64,000 nucleotides of DNA from a virus (taxonomy: Duplodnaviria; Caudoviricetes). This document shows, in pieces, positions 41,708-52,353 of the stretch. Location: IMG/VR virus record IMGVR_UViG_3300014205_000181, positions 1 through 64,000 of that record, one strand, 5' to 3'. Below the pieces are notes generated by a model. It did no database searches. It was not told where the DNA came from and saw only the letters and a list, made by a program, of their open reading frames with translations. How positions within the stretch are numbered: the first letter of the stretch is position 1; every line of letters starts with the position of its first letter. Position numbers and translations under genes: made by a program.

Positions 41708-43276
41708 ATGATAACAATAAATGGGTTAGATAGCGATGTGTTTAATGATCGAACTCCGGTAGATTTTACGAGTTTGCCATCTGCTGCCAGTAATAACGGT
41801 GTAGTCCGTAGGTGCAACCCACTTGTTGCAGGCCAGGAGGATTTCTATGTGGTCAGCAACGGAACATCATGGCTGCCATATCACACTAAAAACCGGCCAT
41901 TTATGGATTTGACGTATGCTCGGAAGGTGCAGGCCGCGCCTGTTACAATCACATCAAATGCCACAAACACCTCTGCGACTGCTCCCCTGCTGTGGCCAGC
42001 AACAAACTTTGCTAGCGGAACAAGCAATGTTTTAACCGGTGGAAATTTTACATACACCAGATGCGGTAAAAATGTCAGACCATACTCTGCAACCGGAACT
42101 ACTCTGGTCACTGCCGATACCATTCAGTGGACTACAACCCCTACATATAACCGCTTGGAATTTGGTGTGAGGTTTTATCACACCGGCAGGTATTTGGACA
42201 TTAAAACTGCGAATGGCTTGATGATGGTTAAAGTTGATGGAGAATATACATCGCTAACGCCAATCGCAATCACTGGCATACTGTATAACTACATCGATTT
42301 TGGGTCTGTAGCCACCAGGCTTGTTGAGGTAGTTCTTACATCTGGGCTGTTCGGCGGCGTGTATACGGGGGCCACCGATACTATTTCATCAGCCCCAGCA
42401 AAGGGGCCGAAAACTGTAATAGTTGGCGATTCGTTTTCTGGTGGAACGGGCACATCAGCCGAGATGGGGCTGCGGGGGGCGTTCCCGGCATGGTTTGCTG
42501 ATCTGATTGGATGGGATGACGTAATCGTTTCAGGCATTGGATCAACCGGATATTTGGCGGATGCGTCAGGCGTTGCAACCACATACCGCCAAAGAGTGCA
42601 ACATGACGTGATTGATAACGCCCCAGACGTGATTGTTTTCACAGGTGGATACAATGACAGAGCACAGACAGGGGCGGCTATTTATGCAGAGGCCTGCTTG
42701 CTTTTTAAACAGGTACGTGATGCCCTCCCGTTTGCTGAAGTAATTGTTTTCTCACCATTCTGGTACAAGGGATGCACGTCGTTTAAATCAGCGGCTGCTG
42801 ACATTATACCAATACGTGATGCCCTGAGAGATGCGGCAGCATTGTATAGCTGCCATTTCTGTGACATGCTCGAAATGGATCTGCCTATAGGTACGCCACT
42901 GGCTGCTGCTGGGTTGCTGACCTCGAATATCACGGCTGGAGCAACCACGTTTGTTGCTGATACACTTTTCGCAGTGCCTGGAACAGTAACCATCGGTACT
43001 GACCGCGTGCGTTATTCATCTGTAAGCGGGACCGGTCCGTTCACCTACACATTACAGAGTGCTGGCACTATTTACCAGGCGCACAGTATCGGCGATGCCG
43101 TGACTCCGGTTGGCAACTCATTTTGGACCGGGACCGGAAATGCCGCTGTGCCTACCGGGATAGGCAACTGCGATCTGATTACCACCTCTGCTGTGGATAT
43201 TCATCCTACCGACACCGGCCACAGGATGATCGGAGAGTATGTGGCGAAGAGGTTGCATGAGATATTGTCACAGTAG
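41708..43276 (+). CDS. SGNH/GDSL hydrolase-domain protein, probably virion-associated
   Basis: VGDSF, G.GSTGY, GGYND, DIHPTDTGH; visibly higher GC than flanks. Confidence 0.85.
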   Translation: MITINGLDSDVFNDRTPVDFTSLPSAASNNGVVRRCNPLVAGQEDFYVVSNGTSWLPYHTKNRPFMDLTYARKVQAAPVTITSNATNTSATAPLLWPATNFASGTSNVLTGGNFTYTRCGKNVRPYSATGTTLVTADTIQWTTTPTYNRLEFGVRFYHTGRYLDIKTANGLMMVKVDGEYTSLTPIAITGILYNYIDFGSVATRLVEVVLTSGLFGGVYTGATDTISSAPAKGPKTVIVGDSFSGGTGTSAEMGLRGAFPAWFADLIGWDDVIVSGIGSTGYLADASGVATTYRQRVQHDVIDNAPDVIVFTGGYNDRAQTGAAIYAEACLLFKQVRDALPFAEVIVFSPFWYKGCTSFKSAAADIIPIRDALRDAAALYSCHFCDMLEMDLPIGTPLAAAGLLTSNITAGATTFVADTLFAVPGTVTIGTDRVRYSSVSGTGPFTYTLQSAGTIYQAHSIGDAVTPVGNSFWTGTGNAAVPTGIGNCDLITTSAVDIHPTDTGHRMIGEYVAKRLHEILSQ

Positions 43277-43405
43277 TTGTGGACGGTATACGAGGATGGC
43301 GACGAGCTACCGTATGTGCCGCAATATATAGACCAAACTATGTGACGGTAGATGATTTATGATATTTTGTCAGATTAAATAATTAAATTATAAGAGGGAC
43401 AATAT

Positions 43406-43729
43406 ATGAGAGTGAGTAGAGAGACAGCAGCATCCGGGGCAATATCACTAACAGTTGATCCTGGTATTCCATTTAGGTTAATAGCCATTAAAGTGCATTT
43501 GAGCGCAGTCGGTGGGGCTGGCAATTTAACCGCAACGACAGATTCAATTATCGGGGCTACTTATGACGCAGTATTAACTCTTCAAGATATGACCGCCGTA
43601 ACAGATTATATTTATGTACCAGACAACCCGATCCCATTTGTAGATGGTGATAAAGTTGTAATTGCATGGGCTAATGCAAGTAATGTTACTTATGGGATAG
43701 AAGCGTTTTGGGTTCCAGACAATATATAA
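43406..43729 (+). CDS. Hypothetical structural protein
   Basis: ORF in the virion module. Confidence 0.55.
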   Translation: MRVSRETAASGAISLTVDPGIPFRLIAIKVHLSAVGGAGNLTATTDSIIGATYDAVLTLQDMTAVTDYIYVPDNPIPFVDGDKVVIAWANASNVTYGIEAFWVPDNI

Positions 43730-43732
43730 TCC

Positions 43733-45523
43733 ATGATACTTGAATCTTCCATAAAAAGATTTTCTGGGATATCTTCTGATTCCAAGCCAGATACCGATGT
43801 TCCATCTGGTTCTGAATTTTTTGAATTAGACACAGGAAATACTTTTAAATTCCATGATTCATCATGGTACCCATTTGGGATATCGATTAATGATGGTAAT
43901 GGATTTAATATTGGTATAAATAGCCCATTGCCTACTAATGGAGATTCTGTTTATTATAAAGATATTGATTTAGATAGGTGTAATATAACTGGATGGACAG
44001 GGACAGTACTTGATTTATTCACTGGTGTTCATTCTGGTATAGAAAATACAGGTTCTAGTAATCCTAAAACAATTATTATTCATTTTGAAAGAACGATTGA
44101 GTTTGGTTCAGTCACCATAGGTAGTGCAGATGGAGGTAATTTTAGTAATGTCAAAGTGACTGTTAGAAATCCAGGTATAATTGAAACGATAGTTGTAGAT
44201 GAGTCTAGCGATTCCACTAATCTAACAAATAAAACGTATAACTTTGAAGATATACACAGGGTAGAATCATTAAAAATAGAATTTTATACCGCTGATATAG
44301 TTGAAGTAACACAAATATTTATTCCAAAAATTAAAACTGTAAAAATTGACCCAAATAATAAAAGTCACCCTATACATTTTATAGATACTGATCATTCTGG
44401 AAGAGCTGCTCAGAATTCAATTTTTGGAGATAGGATAGTAGGATGGAAAAAAACTTCAATGGCATTCCAATTTAATTATGGCTTTAGAACAAGAGATTTT
44501 ACATTAACACAAACAAATGGAGGAACTGTAACTTCTTCTGATAGTGTTATTATATTATCTACAAGTACGAATGTTGGTGGAGTTGCTGCTGCTGAAACAG
44601 TAGATTCTTTAAGGTATGTCCCAGGTAATGAAGCGTACGCATTTTTTACAGCTATATTTTCTACTCCAAAGGTAAATTCATATCAAAGAGCCGGGATATT
44701 TGACTCTAAAAATGGATTTTTTATCGGGTATGAATGTACTGATTTTAAAATTACTAGAAGAATAAATCAAATTGACTACCCACAAACTATTGATGTTTCA
44801 AAAGTTCTACCATTAGAAGCATTTGATCCAACAAAAGGTAATGTATATAAAATAAGTTTCGGATATCTCGGATTTGCAACAATAAATTTTGAAATAATGA
44901 ATCCAGAGGGAGAATGGAATTCAATTGGGCAGATTGAATTCCCAAATGCATATACTGAGACTAGCATTGCAAGTACAAATCTTCCAATGAGGGGAGAAGT
45001 AGGCAATACAGGTAATAATACAGATATTGTAGTTAAAAGTGGAAGCATTACTGCTGGTATTATTGATGGCGGTGATGATGACCCAAGCGCAAGAAGTTAT
45101 ACATATAGCAGGGGAACTGCCACAATATCTGCTGGAGATAACATGTTGGTTGCTTTTAGAAATATAACTACATTTGCAGGTAGAACGAATAGGGTAAAGG
45201 CAATAGCGCAACTATTGACTTCTGCGACGGAAGGAACAAAGCCAGTTAGGTGGAAGATTGTTTTCAATCCAACATTTACAAATACCCCAACATGGGCAGC
45301 AATAAATTCAGACTCAATAATTGAGTATTCAACAAATGCAACTATAACATTTGGGACTGGAGAAATAGGGACAGAATGGAATATGGCAAAAGCAGATTCA
45401 TTTTTTGAAGATGTAGAATCTCTTGGAGGGCATATGTATCCTGGTCAAACTGCTGTAGTTGTCGTCAATTCTGCTGGATCAAACGATACTGAATTTTCTA
45501 TTAGATGGAAGGAGCTATTTTAA
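43733..45523 (+). CDS. Large beta-rich putative virion protein
   Basis: RYVPG...G.FD..NGFF segment and WKELF terminus; S/T/G-rich. Confidence 0.6.
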   Translation: MILESSIKRFSGISSDSKPDTDVPSGSEFFELDTGNTFKFHDSSWYPFGISINDGNGFNIGINSPLPTNGDSVYYKDIDLDRCNITGWTGTVLDLFTGVHSGIENTGSSNPKTIIIHFERTIEFGSVTIGSADGGNFSNVKVTVRNPGIIETIVVDESSDSTNLTNKTYNFEDIHRVESLKIEFYTADIVEVTQIFIPKIKTVKIDPNNKSHPIHFIDTDHSGRAAQNSIFGDRIVGWKKTSMAFQFNYGFRTRDFTLTQTNGGTVTSSDSVIILSTSTNVGGVAAAETVDSLRYVPGNEAYAFFTAIFSTPKVNSYQRAGIFDSKNGFFIGYECTDFKITRRINQIDYPQTIDVSKVLPLEAFDPTKGNVYKISFGYLGFATINFEIMNPEGEWNSIGQIEFPNAYTETSIASTNLPMRGEVGNTGNNTDIVVKSGSITAGIIDGGDDDPSARSYTYSRGTATISAGDNMLVAFRNITTFAGRTNRVKAIAQLLTSATEGTKPVRWKIVFNPTFTNTPTWAAINSDSIIEYSTNATITFGTGEIGTEWNMAKADSFFEDVESLGGHMYPGQTAVVVVNSAGSNDTEFSIRWKELF

Positions 45524-45682
45524 ATGAAATTAGGATATAGAATTTCTGGGTTACACGTAGAAAATGTTATAGGTAGTATAATTAAATTTTCTATATTTTC
45601 TTTACCATTCGCGATTTGGAAAATGTCTGAAGTGTTTATTGTATTTGTTAATATTATAAATTCTTTGAAGTAAGTGAATGAT

Positions 45683-46837
45683 ATGGCGATAACTACACTA
45701 GATGATATTTTAGAGTTTCTGGATCTGGATACGGCATATTTTGTTATTACGCCATCAAATAATGTATTAAATTTTACTTCATCTTCGGGTGGCCCTGTCG
45801 ATATCACATTGACAGATGGTAATTATGATGGGGTAACATTGGCCTCTCATTTACAAACGCAAATGAACGCCAATACGACATTAACTGGGACAGGAACAAT
45901 AACATTTGCTATATCATATAGCACTACAACAAGAAAATTCACAATCAATTCTGGAACTGGCAAAACTGTTGCGTACACTCATACATCTTCTGATGCTGGT
46001 TTAACGTTTGGTTTTACAGCAAATAAAACCGCTGCGCAAACCATAGTATCTGACATAGAAGCTGGAGATCCTAGTCAAATTGTATCTAGTATCAAGGATT
46101 CTACTGAAACACTCGTTTCGGAATATTGTAATAGGATATTTGAAGAAACATCTTATACTTGTGAGAGATATGACGGAAATAATAAAGGTATTTTAACTCT
46201 TAAAAATTTCCCGGTTACAGCGGTAGATAAAGTTTCAATTGGGACTTTAGATGTTATTCAGATTAGCAATTCCAACCAGACTTCTACAGCTTCCGTTTCT
46301 GCTACTACTACGGGTCTCAGGCTTGTTTTAGACGGCACGGCGGATACCAGTATTACTTATGCCGCAAACGCGACTATGACGGCTGTAGTAAACGCTGTGA
46401 ACGCGTTAGGAAATGGATGGGCGGCTAGACTTAATTCTAGTATTTACGGTAATTTTAAATCAACCGAAATTATCCCAAGGTATGGATTGAATGCGATTGA
46501 TACAAATTGGGTAGATCTGTCGATGGTTGATGACCCATTAGATGATATTGATGTTTACCTTGAAAGAGGGCAAATATTAAAATATGGAGGGTGGCCTAAA
46601 GGAACTAGAAATATTTATATAGATTATACTGCTGGATTTACATCTGACAATATGCCGAATGATTTAAAATTAGCTGTAAAAATTCTAGTAAAATTTTTCT
46701 ATAATAAAATGGATGATGATAGCTATGGAGTGGAAGAGTACAGAGCGCATAATTTATGGGCTTCGTTTAACAAAGAAGAAACAATTCCAAAAGAAGCTAA
46801 AATGATATTAATGAGATATAAAAGGTTTCATACATAA
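45683..46837 (+). CDS. Head-tail connector (gp6/gp15-like) with inserted domains
   Basis: TTLDDILEFL; EYCNR.F...ERYDG; NIYIDYTAGF..MP.DLKLAV; L.RYKR. Confidence 0.75.
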   Translation: MAITTLDDILEFLDLDTAYFVITPSNNVLNFTSSSGGPVDITLTDGNYDGVTLASHLQTQMNANTTLTGTGTITFAISYSTTTRKFTINSGTGKTVAYTHTSSDAGLTFGFTANKTAAQTIVSDIEAGDPSQIVSSIKDSTETLVSEYCNRIFEETSYTCERYDGNNKGILTLKNFPVTAVDKVSIGTLDVIQISNSNQTSTASVSATTTGLRLVLDGTADTSITYAANATMTAVVNAVNALGNGWAARLNSSIYGNFKSTEIIPRYGLNAIDTNWVDLSMVDDPLDDIDVYLERGQILKYGGWPKGTRNIYIDYTAGFTSDNMPNDLKLAVKILVKFFYNKMDDDSYGVEEYRAHNLWASFNKEETIPKEAKMILMRYKRFHT

Positions 46838-47154
46838 TGCCTGGACCAAAAGCTACTTTAGAGTTGCAGAGGAAAACTGATGTTAGTGATGGAATGGGTG
46901 GTTTTACTTCTGTATGGTATGGTAAGGCAAGCCTAAAGGGTACATTTACTTCAGTTGATAAATGGGAAAAATTTATTGCTGATTCTACTAAGGTGAAATC
47001 TACGCATTGGTTCCATGTGAGATACCAGGAAGGAATTGTACCAACTTCAAAAGATAGGTTTAGAAATGGTTCTGAAATTTATGAAATTATTTTAGTTGAT
47101 AATGTTGCTTTAAAAAATAGATTTTGGGAATTCTTTCTAGCTAAGATAGAATAG
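46837..47154 (+). CDS. Head closure protein (SPP1 gp16-like)
   Basis: SDGMGG...W; THWFHVRY; YEI; synteny. Confidence 0.8.
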   Translation: MPGPKATLELQRKTDVSDGMGGFTSVWYGKASLKGTFTSVDKWEKFIADSTKVKSTHWFHVRYQEGIVPTSKDRFRNGSEIYEIILVDNVALKNRFWEFFLAKIE

Positions 47155-47161
47155 GTGGATA

Positions 47162-47626
47162 ATGGCAAGAGTTACCTGGAATAGTAAACAAGTTATAGAT
47201 TCTATAAAAGCAACTCAATCACAGTCGATGAATGACGCTTGTGAATTTTTAAGTGATAAAATAAAGGATTCCATGAAGCCTGGAACTGGTAGATGGTGGC
47301 CTTCTAAAAAGGGCGATGGCTCTTTACACCAAGCTTCGATCCCTAATACAGCACCAGCCCCAGATACGGAAGAATTGAAAAATTCAATTTCTTGGGCGGC
47401 ATCAACTGGTAGTAGCGGTGGGGGAGAAGGTAGTGAAAAAGTAACCGCACCTTTTTACGGCGCGAATACCAATATCATTGCTGGGAAAATAGGAACAACT
47501 AACGGAAAAGGTATTCTCCATGAGATGGCTTGGACGATTGACGGAGCTAAAAGACCGTTTATAAGACCAGCATTCACTGAAAGCGAAGATGAATTAATCA
47601 GAATACTTGGGAAAAATAAAATATGA
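47162..47626 (+). CDS. HK97 gp10-like neck/tail completion protein
   Basis: APAPDT..LKNSI; RPFIRPAF. Confidence 0.75.
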   Translation: MARVTWNSKQVIDSIKATQSQSMNDACEFLSDKIKDSMKPGTGRWWPSKKGDGSLHQASIPNTAPAPDTEELKNSISWAASTGSSGGGEGSEKVTAPFYGANTNIIAGKIGTTNGKGILHEMAWTIDGAKRPFIRPAFTESEDELIRILGKNKI

Positions 47627-48045
47627 GTATAAGCGAATTAGCAACAGGGGTATATAATTATTCACAAGTAGCGAGTAATTTTAAAACGAGTATCAATGGT
47701 AGGGTTTATCAAGTTCGTGCTCCTCAAAATCCTACATATCCATTTGTTATATTCTTCTTCCCTGTCGATACCATTACGCATTTTATGAACGAACAAGCTG
47801 TAGCGGCAAATGCAGTATTAAATATTAGTTTACAGTTTAATATTTATTCTCAAAATCAGTCCACAAGTGAAATTAATACCATAGATGGATATTTAACGGA
47901 TAGATTTGATTTCGCTAACTTAACTGTATCTGGATATTATTGCTTTGATTTGTATAGAACTCATAAAATCCCCCCTATGTGGGTAGAAGACATCCAAGGT
48001 TATATTTCTTCCGTAATTTATCAAGTGCAATTACAAAAAAATTAA
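47623..48045 (+). CDS. Tail terminator (DUF3168-like)
   Basis: GRVY..RAPQ...YPFV; QFNIYS; synteny. Confidence 0.75.
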   Translation: MSISELATGVYNYSQVASNFKTSINGRVYQVRAPQNPTYPFVIFFFPVDTITHFMNEQAVAANAVLNISLQFNIYSQNQSTSEINTIDGYLTDRFDFANLTVSGYYCFDLYRTHKIPPMWVEDIQGYISSVIYQVQLQKN

Positions 48046-48070
48046 AGTTTCTGCAATTTTTACCGATAAG
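48042..48070 (+). promoter_or_regulatory. sigma28/FliA-like promoter at the start of the glycan cluster
   Basis: TTAAAGTTTCTGCAATTTTTACCGATAAG (N15); the ATG lies ~7 nt after the -10 box, so the mRNA may be leaderless. Confidence 0.7.
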
Positions 48071-48076
48071 CAATTC

Positions 48077-48703
48077 ATGAAAAATATTAAACTTGCAATA
48101 GCAGTCCCATTAAGTCATAACAGCGTTCCATTACAGTTCTTCGAGTCATATGTAGCGATGTTGAAGCCATGTAGACATATGTTCATTCATGCTAGTAGCT
48201 ATCAAGGTGTCGATCATATGCGCAATCAGTTAATTGAAGGAGCAATAGTATACAATTGTTCACATATATTATTCCTTGATGTAGACCATCGGCATCATCC
48301 AGAAACAATTACAAAACTATTATCTCATAAATTGCCCATTGTCTCAGGTCTTTCATATATGCGCAATGCTGATTATGAACCATGTATGTTTCGTGGGATG
48401 ATAAATAAATATGAAACGATTACAGAGTGGGAAGAAAATTCTTTGGTTGAAGTAGATAGTGTTGGCGCTGCCTGTTTATTAGTTGATATGAAAGTATTTA
48501 ACGACATACAAAGGCCATATTTCAAATTTATGGAAAATCCCGACCCAACTGCAAAATATGGAATAGGAGAAGACGTAGTATTCTGCAATAAGGCAAAACA
48601 AGCAGGATATAAAATTTATGTAGACACAAGCTGTACTAATAAACACATTGGACAAATTGAAGTAGATGGAGATATTTATAAAAAATGGAATGGTGCTAAT
48701 TAA
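48077..48703 (+). CDS. GT-A fold glycosyltransferase-like protein (paralog 2)
   Basis: HILFLDVD, GED..FC, VDTS. Confidence 0.75.
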   Translation: MKNIKLAIAVPLSHNSVPLQFFESYVAMLKPCRHMFIHASSYQGVDHMRNQLIEGAIVYNCSHILFLDVDHRHHPETITKLLSHKLPIVSGLSYMRNADYEPCMFRGMINKYETITEWEENSLVEVDSVGAACLLVDMKVFNDIQRPYFKFMENPDPTAKYGIGEDVVFCNKAKQAGYKIYVDTSCTNKHIGQIEVDGDIYKKWNGAN

Positions 48704-49275
48704 TGTTAAACTATAAAGATGTATACAATAAAGTTTATTCTGAAAAAGATGATTATGGAGACATAAAGCATTCAAGGCCAGATTTAAAAGAAAAAGTTAT
48801 TTTGGACTTTATCGATAACAAAGATGGGACGGTATTGGATATCGGTTCTGGTTCTGGTTATTATTTATCCTCATTGATTAATCATGGAATACACGCCTTC
48901 GGTATAGAAGTTAGTGATATTTGCTGTGAAAAATATCTAACAAGCTTACCACATAAATGTACAGATATAATTAAATATTCTAAATTCAATACCACTCCTA
49001 AATTTGATTATGCAATATGCAACGATTTTATTGAACATATTTATATTGAAGATTTAGACAGCGTGTTAAAATCAATTGTTAAATTAAGTGGCGATTGTTT
49101 ATTTGGAATTGCTAATCACAATGAATTTTTGTGCGGTATGCAAATTCACCAGATAGTCCAAGGTGTTAACTTTTGGATTGAAAAACTAAATGAATACTAT
49201 AAAAATGTAGAATTGGTTTCTATTTTAATGGATTCTAGGTTCTTTTTTGTAAAATGTTCTAACAAAAAAAGATGA
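48703..49275 (+). CDS. Class I SAM-dependent methyltransferase
   Basis: VLDIGSGSG, GIEVS, DFIEH. Confidence 0.85.
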   Translation: MLNYKDVYNKVYSEKDDYGDIKHSRPDLKEKVILDFIDNKDGTVLDIGSGSGYYLSSLINHGIHAFGIEVSDICCEKYLTSLPHKCTDIIKYSKFNTTPKFDYAICNDFIEHIYIEDLDSVLKSIVKLSGDCLFGIANHNEFLCGMQIHQIVQGVNFWIEKLNEYYKNVELVSILMDSRFFFVKCSNKKR

Positions 49276-49362
49276 TATTTCAGAAACTAATGAAGGATTT
49301 TATGACGCTATCAAATCAACTAATACTGATGAGACTAATAATTTATCGGGTGAGTTAATTAA

Positions 49363-50220
49363 ATGAAAATTTTGGTCTTAGGTGCTAGTGGGATGCTTGG
49401 CAGTTCTATGCTAAATGTAATGAGCGAAAATAAAAAATTAGATGTATTCGGAACAGTAAGGGGAAAATCAGATAAGAAATTTTTTACCCAACAAATCCAA
49501 GATAAAGTTCTCCATAACGTAAATATAGAAAATGAAAATACATTAAATGGATTGTTCGTTTCTTTAAAGCCAGACGTAGTTATTAATTGTGTTGGGATAG
49601 TAAAGCAAATTGATGACGCGAATAGTCCGTTAAAATCTATAGCTATAAATTCTTTGTTCCCCCATAAATTGAAATCATTATGCGATTCTTTTGATTCTAG
49701 GTTAATACATATCAGTACAGATTGTGTATTCTCTGGTAAATATGGGATGTATAAAGAAGAAGATGTCTCTGACTGTACAGATTTTTATGGCAAGACTAAA
49801 TATTTAGGAGAGGTTATTTCAGATAGATCGTTAACGATAAGAACCTCTATAATTGGCCCAGAGTTAAAAACGAACCATGGATTACTTAACTGGTTTTTAA
49901 GTCAAGGAAAAGAATGCAATGGGTATAGCAATGCGGTTTTTAGTGGTTTCCCAACTGTAGTATTGTCCCAGATATTAAGAGATATCATTATTCACGATGA
50001 GTCGATTAGTGGGTTATATAACATTGCTTCTGAAAAAATTTCAAAATTTGATTTACTGAGATTAATAGCTGATATTTATAAAAAAGATATTAAAATTAAT
50101 GACTATAAAGATTTTACAATCGATAGGTCTTTAGATGGTTCTAAATTTAATTTAAAGTCTGGGTACATAACTCCTAATTGGGAAAGCATGATTAATACAA
50201 TGAGAGGTATTAATGTTTAG
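49363..50220 (+). CDS. RmlD-like NDP-4-keto-6-deoxyhexose reductase (QnlA/WbvR type)
   Basis: GASGMLG, HISTDCVFSG, YGKTK, IRTSIIG; no C-terminal cupin. Confidence 0.88.
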   Translation: MKILVLGASGMLGSSMLNVMSENKKLDVFGTVRGKSDKKFFTQQIQDKVLHNVNIENENTLNGLFVSLKPDVVINCVGIVKQIDDANSPLKSIAINSLFPHKLKSLCDSFDSRLIHISTDCVFSGKYGMYKEEDVSDCTDFYGKTKYLGEVISDRSLTIRTSIIGPELKTNHGLLNWFLSQGKECNGYSNAVFSGFPTVVLSQILRDIIIHDESISGLYNIASEKISKFDLLRLIADIYKKDIKINDYKDFTIDRSLDGSKFNLKSGYITPNWESMINTMRGINV

Positions 50221-51223
50221 TAACAAAACGGTATTAATAACAGGTGGAACGGGATCATTTGGGAGCGTTGTCGCGAAACGGTTACTGACTAACAACGTAA
50301 AAGAAGTTCGGATATTTAGCCGCGACGAAAAGAAACAAGAAGATATGAGAATCTCGGTGAACGATGCGAGATTGAAATTCTATATTGGTGATGTCAGAGA
50401 TTACGGTAGTGTTGATTCTGCGATGATAGGGGTCAATTATGTATTCAATGCCGCCGCACTTAAGCAAGTACCTTCATGCGAATTTTTCCCAATGGAGGCG
50501 ATAAAAACCAATGTTATTGGTGCCGATAATGTGATGAGTTCTGCAATAAAGAATAATGTAGAGCGGGTTGTTATTTTAAGTACTGATAAATCTGTTTATC
50601 CAATTAATGCAATGGGCATGACGAAAGCTATTTCTGAAAAGGTAATGGTCTCAAAGGCGATGAAACAACGTGCTGGAGAAACGGTATTATGTGCTACTAG
50701 ATATGGTAATGTAATGGCTTCCCGTGGATCTGTAATTCCCTTGTTTGTATCTCAATTAAAAAATAATGAGGAATTAACGGTAACAGACCCAGATATGACA
50801 AGATTTCTTATGTCCTTAGACGATTCAATAGATTTGGTATTTTATGCTTTGATAAATGGTGGACAAGGTGATATTTTTGTTCAAAAGTCTCCAGCATCGA
50901 CCGTGGGTGTTTTGGCCCAAGCATTAAAAGAAATGTTTGCAAAAGATAATAATATAAAAATTATTGGAACTCGACACGGAGAAAAATTATTTGAATCACT
51001 TATTTCAAGGGAAGAGATGGTAAGAGCCGTTGATCATGGGGATTATTATTGTATTAATCCGGATAATAGGGATTTAAATTATAATAAGTATTTCGATTCA
51101 GGAAATACGAATATTGATAAGATACAAGATTACACTTCACATAATACTACTAGATTGAGCATTGAAGAAACTAAAGAATTGTTGTTTTCATTGGATTATA
51201 TTAAGGAAGAGTTGAATGCTTAA
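50213..51223 (+). CDS. fnlA: UDP-GlcNAc 4,6-dehydratase/epimerase (FnlA/WbjB/CapE)
   Basis: GGTGSFG, SRDEKKQ, AALKQVPSCEFFP, STDK, RYGNVMASRGSV, MTRF. Confidence 0.92.
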   Translation: MFSNKTVLITGGTGSFGSVVAKRLLTNNVKEVRIFSRDEKKQEDMRISVNDARLKFYIGDVRDYGSVDSAMIGVNYVFNAAALKQVPSCEFFPMEAIKTNVIGADNVMSSAIKNNVERVVILSTDKSVYPINAMGMTKAISEKVMVSKAMKQRAGETVLCATRYGNVMASRGSVIPLFVSQLKNNEELTVTDPDMTRFLMSLDDSIDLVFYALINGGQGDIFVQKSPASTVGVLAQALKEMFAKDNNIKIIGTRHGEKLFESLISREEMVRAVDHGDYYCINPDNRDLNYNKYFDSGNTNIDKIQDYTSHNTTRLSIEETKELLFSLDYIKEELNA

Positions 51224-52322
51224 GGTGATGACAATTGTTGGGACTAGGCCCGAATTAATAAAAATGTCTAGGGTTATAGATAAATTAGATAAAAATACAA
51301 ATCATATTTTAGTACATACTGGTCAGAATTATGACTATGAGTTGAATCAGATTTTTTTCGACGAACTTAAAATAAGAAAACCAGATTATTTTTTAGAAGT
51401 TGCTGGTGAAAATACAGCACAAACGATAGCAAACATTATCGAAAGAACAGATAAGGTAATAGAGGCAGAAAGTCCAGATGCTTTTGTAATATACGGAGAT
51501 ACCAATTCGTGTCTTTCTGTAATTTCAGCCAAAAGGAGAAAAGTGCCTGTATTCCATATGGAAGCAGGCAATAGGTGTTTTGATCAAAGAGTTCCAGAAG
51601 AATTAAATAGAAAGATAATAGACCAGTTATCTGATATTAATATTGTTTTATCTGATAGAGCTAGAGAAAATCTTGTACTAGAAGGAATAAGACCAGAAAC
51701 TATATTTAAGTCTGGTTCTCATATGAAAGAAGTTTTAGATTACTACATGTCTGATGTGTATAGGTCAGACGTACTAAATAGATTAAAATTAAAAAGTTCA
51801 AGTTATTTTGTGTTTAGTTTTCATAGGGAAGAAAATATTGACGACATAGATAATTTAAAAACTATAATTAAATCGATAAAGGCAGTATCTGCAACATATA
51901 ACCTCCCTGTTATAGTATCCACTCACCCTAGAACAAAGAAAGCATTAGATGATTTAAATATTAGTACAGATGAAAAGATTATTTTTAGTAAGCCGTTTGG
52001 GTTATTTGATTACATAAAGTTGCAAATCAATGCAAAATGTGTTGTCTCAGATAGCGGTACAATAACAGAAGAGAGTTCTCTACTCGGTTTTCCTGCTGTT
52101 ACTATTAGGAATACTCATGAAAGGCCAGAGGGAATGGATAATGGTGTTTTAATCATGTCTGGTGTAGATACTGGGTCAATAATGGATTCGGTAGATGTTG
52201 CTATAAAATGCGGCAAGCCACATGCGATTGATGAATACAATAAACAAGATGTATCTACCCATATATTAAAATTGATATATAGTCATACTGGATACATTAA
52301 TAGAACCGTATGGCATAAATAA
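51216..52322 (+). CDS. Non-hydrolysing UDP-N-acetylhexosamine 2-epimerase (FnlC/QnlB/WbjD type)
   Basis: GTRPE, HTGQNYD, GDTNS, HMEAGNR, SDSGT.EE, ERPEG. Confidence 0.92.
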   Translation: MLKVMTIVGTRPELIKMSRVIDKLDKNTNHILVHTGQNYDYELNQIFFDELKIRKPDYFLEVAGENTAQTIANIIERTDKVIEAESPDAFVIYGDTNSCLSVISAKRRKVPVFHMEAGNRCFDQRVPEELNRKIIDQLSDINIVLSDRARENLVLEGIRPETIFKSGSHMKEVLDYYMSDVYRSDVLNRLKLKSSSYFVFSFHREENIDDIDNLKTIIKSIKAVSATYNLPVIVSTHPRTKKALDDLNISTDEKIIFSKPFGLFDYIKLQINAKCVVSDSGTITEESSLLGFPAVTIRNTHERPEGMDNGVLIMSGVDTGSIMDSVDVAIKCGKPHAIDEYNKQDVSTHILKLIYSHTGYINRTVWHK

Positions 52323-52353
52323 TGATAACGGTTAATGTGTTATTAGTGAAGCA

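Noticed and set aside
50502-50529. TAAA-N16-GCCGATAA inside fnlA, with similar weak matches at 33148 and 29893
   Set aside because: They lack the TTAAAGT and CCGATAAG extensions shared by the nine accepted sites and can be explained by coding or RNA-motif constraints
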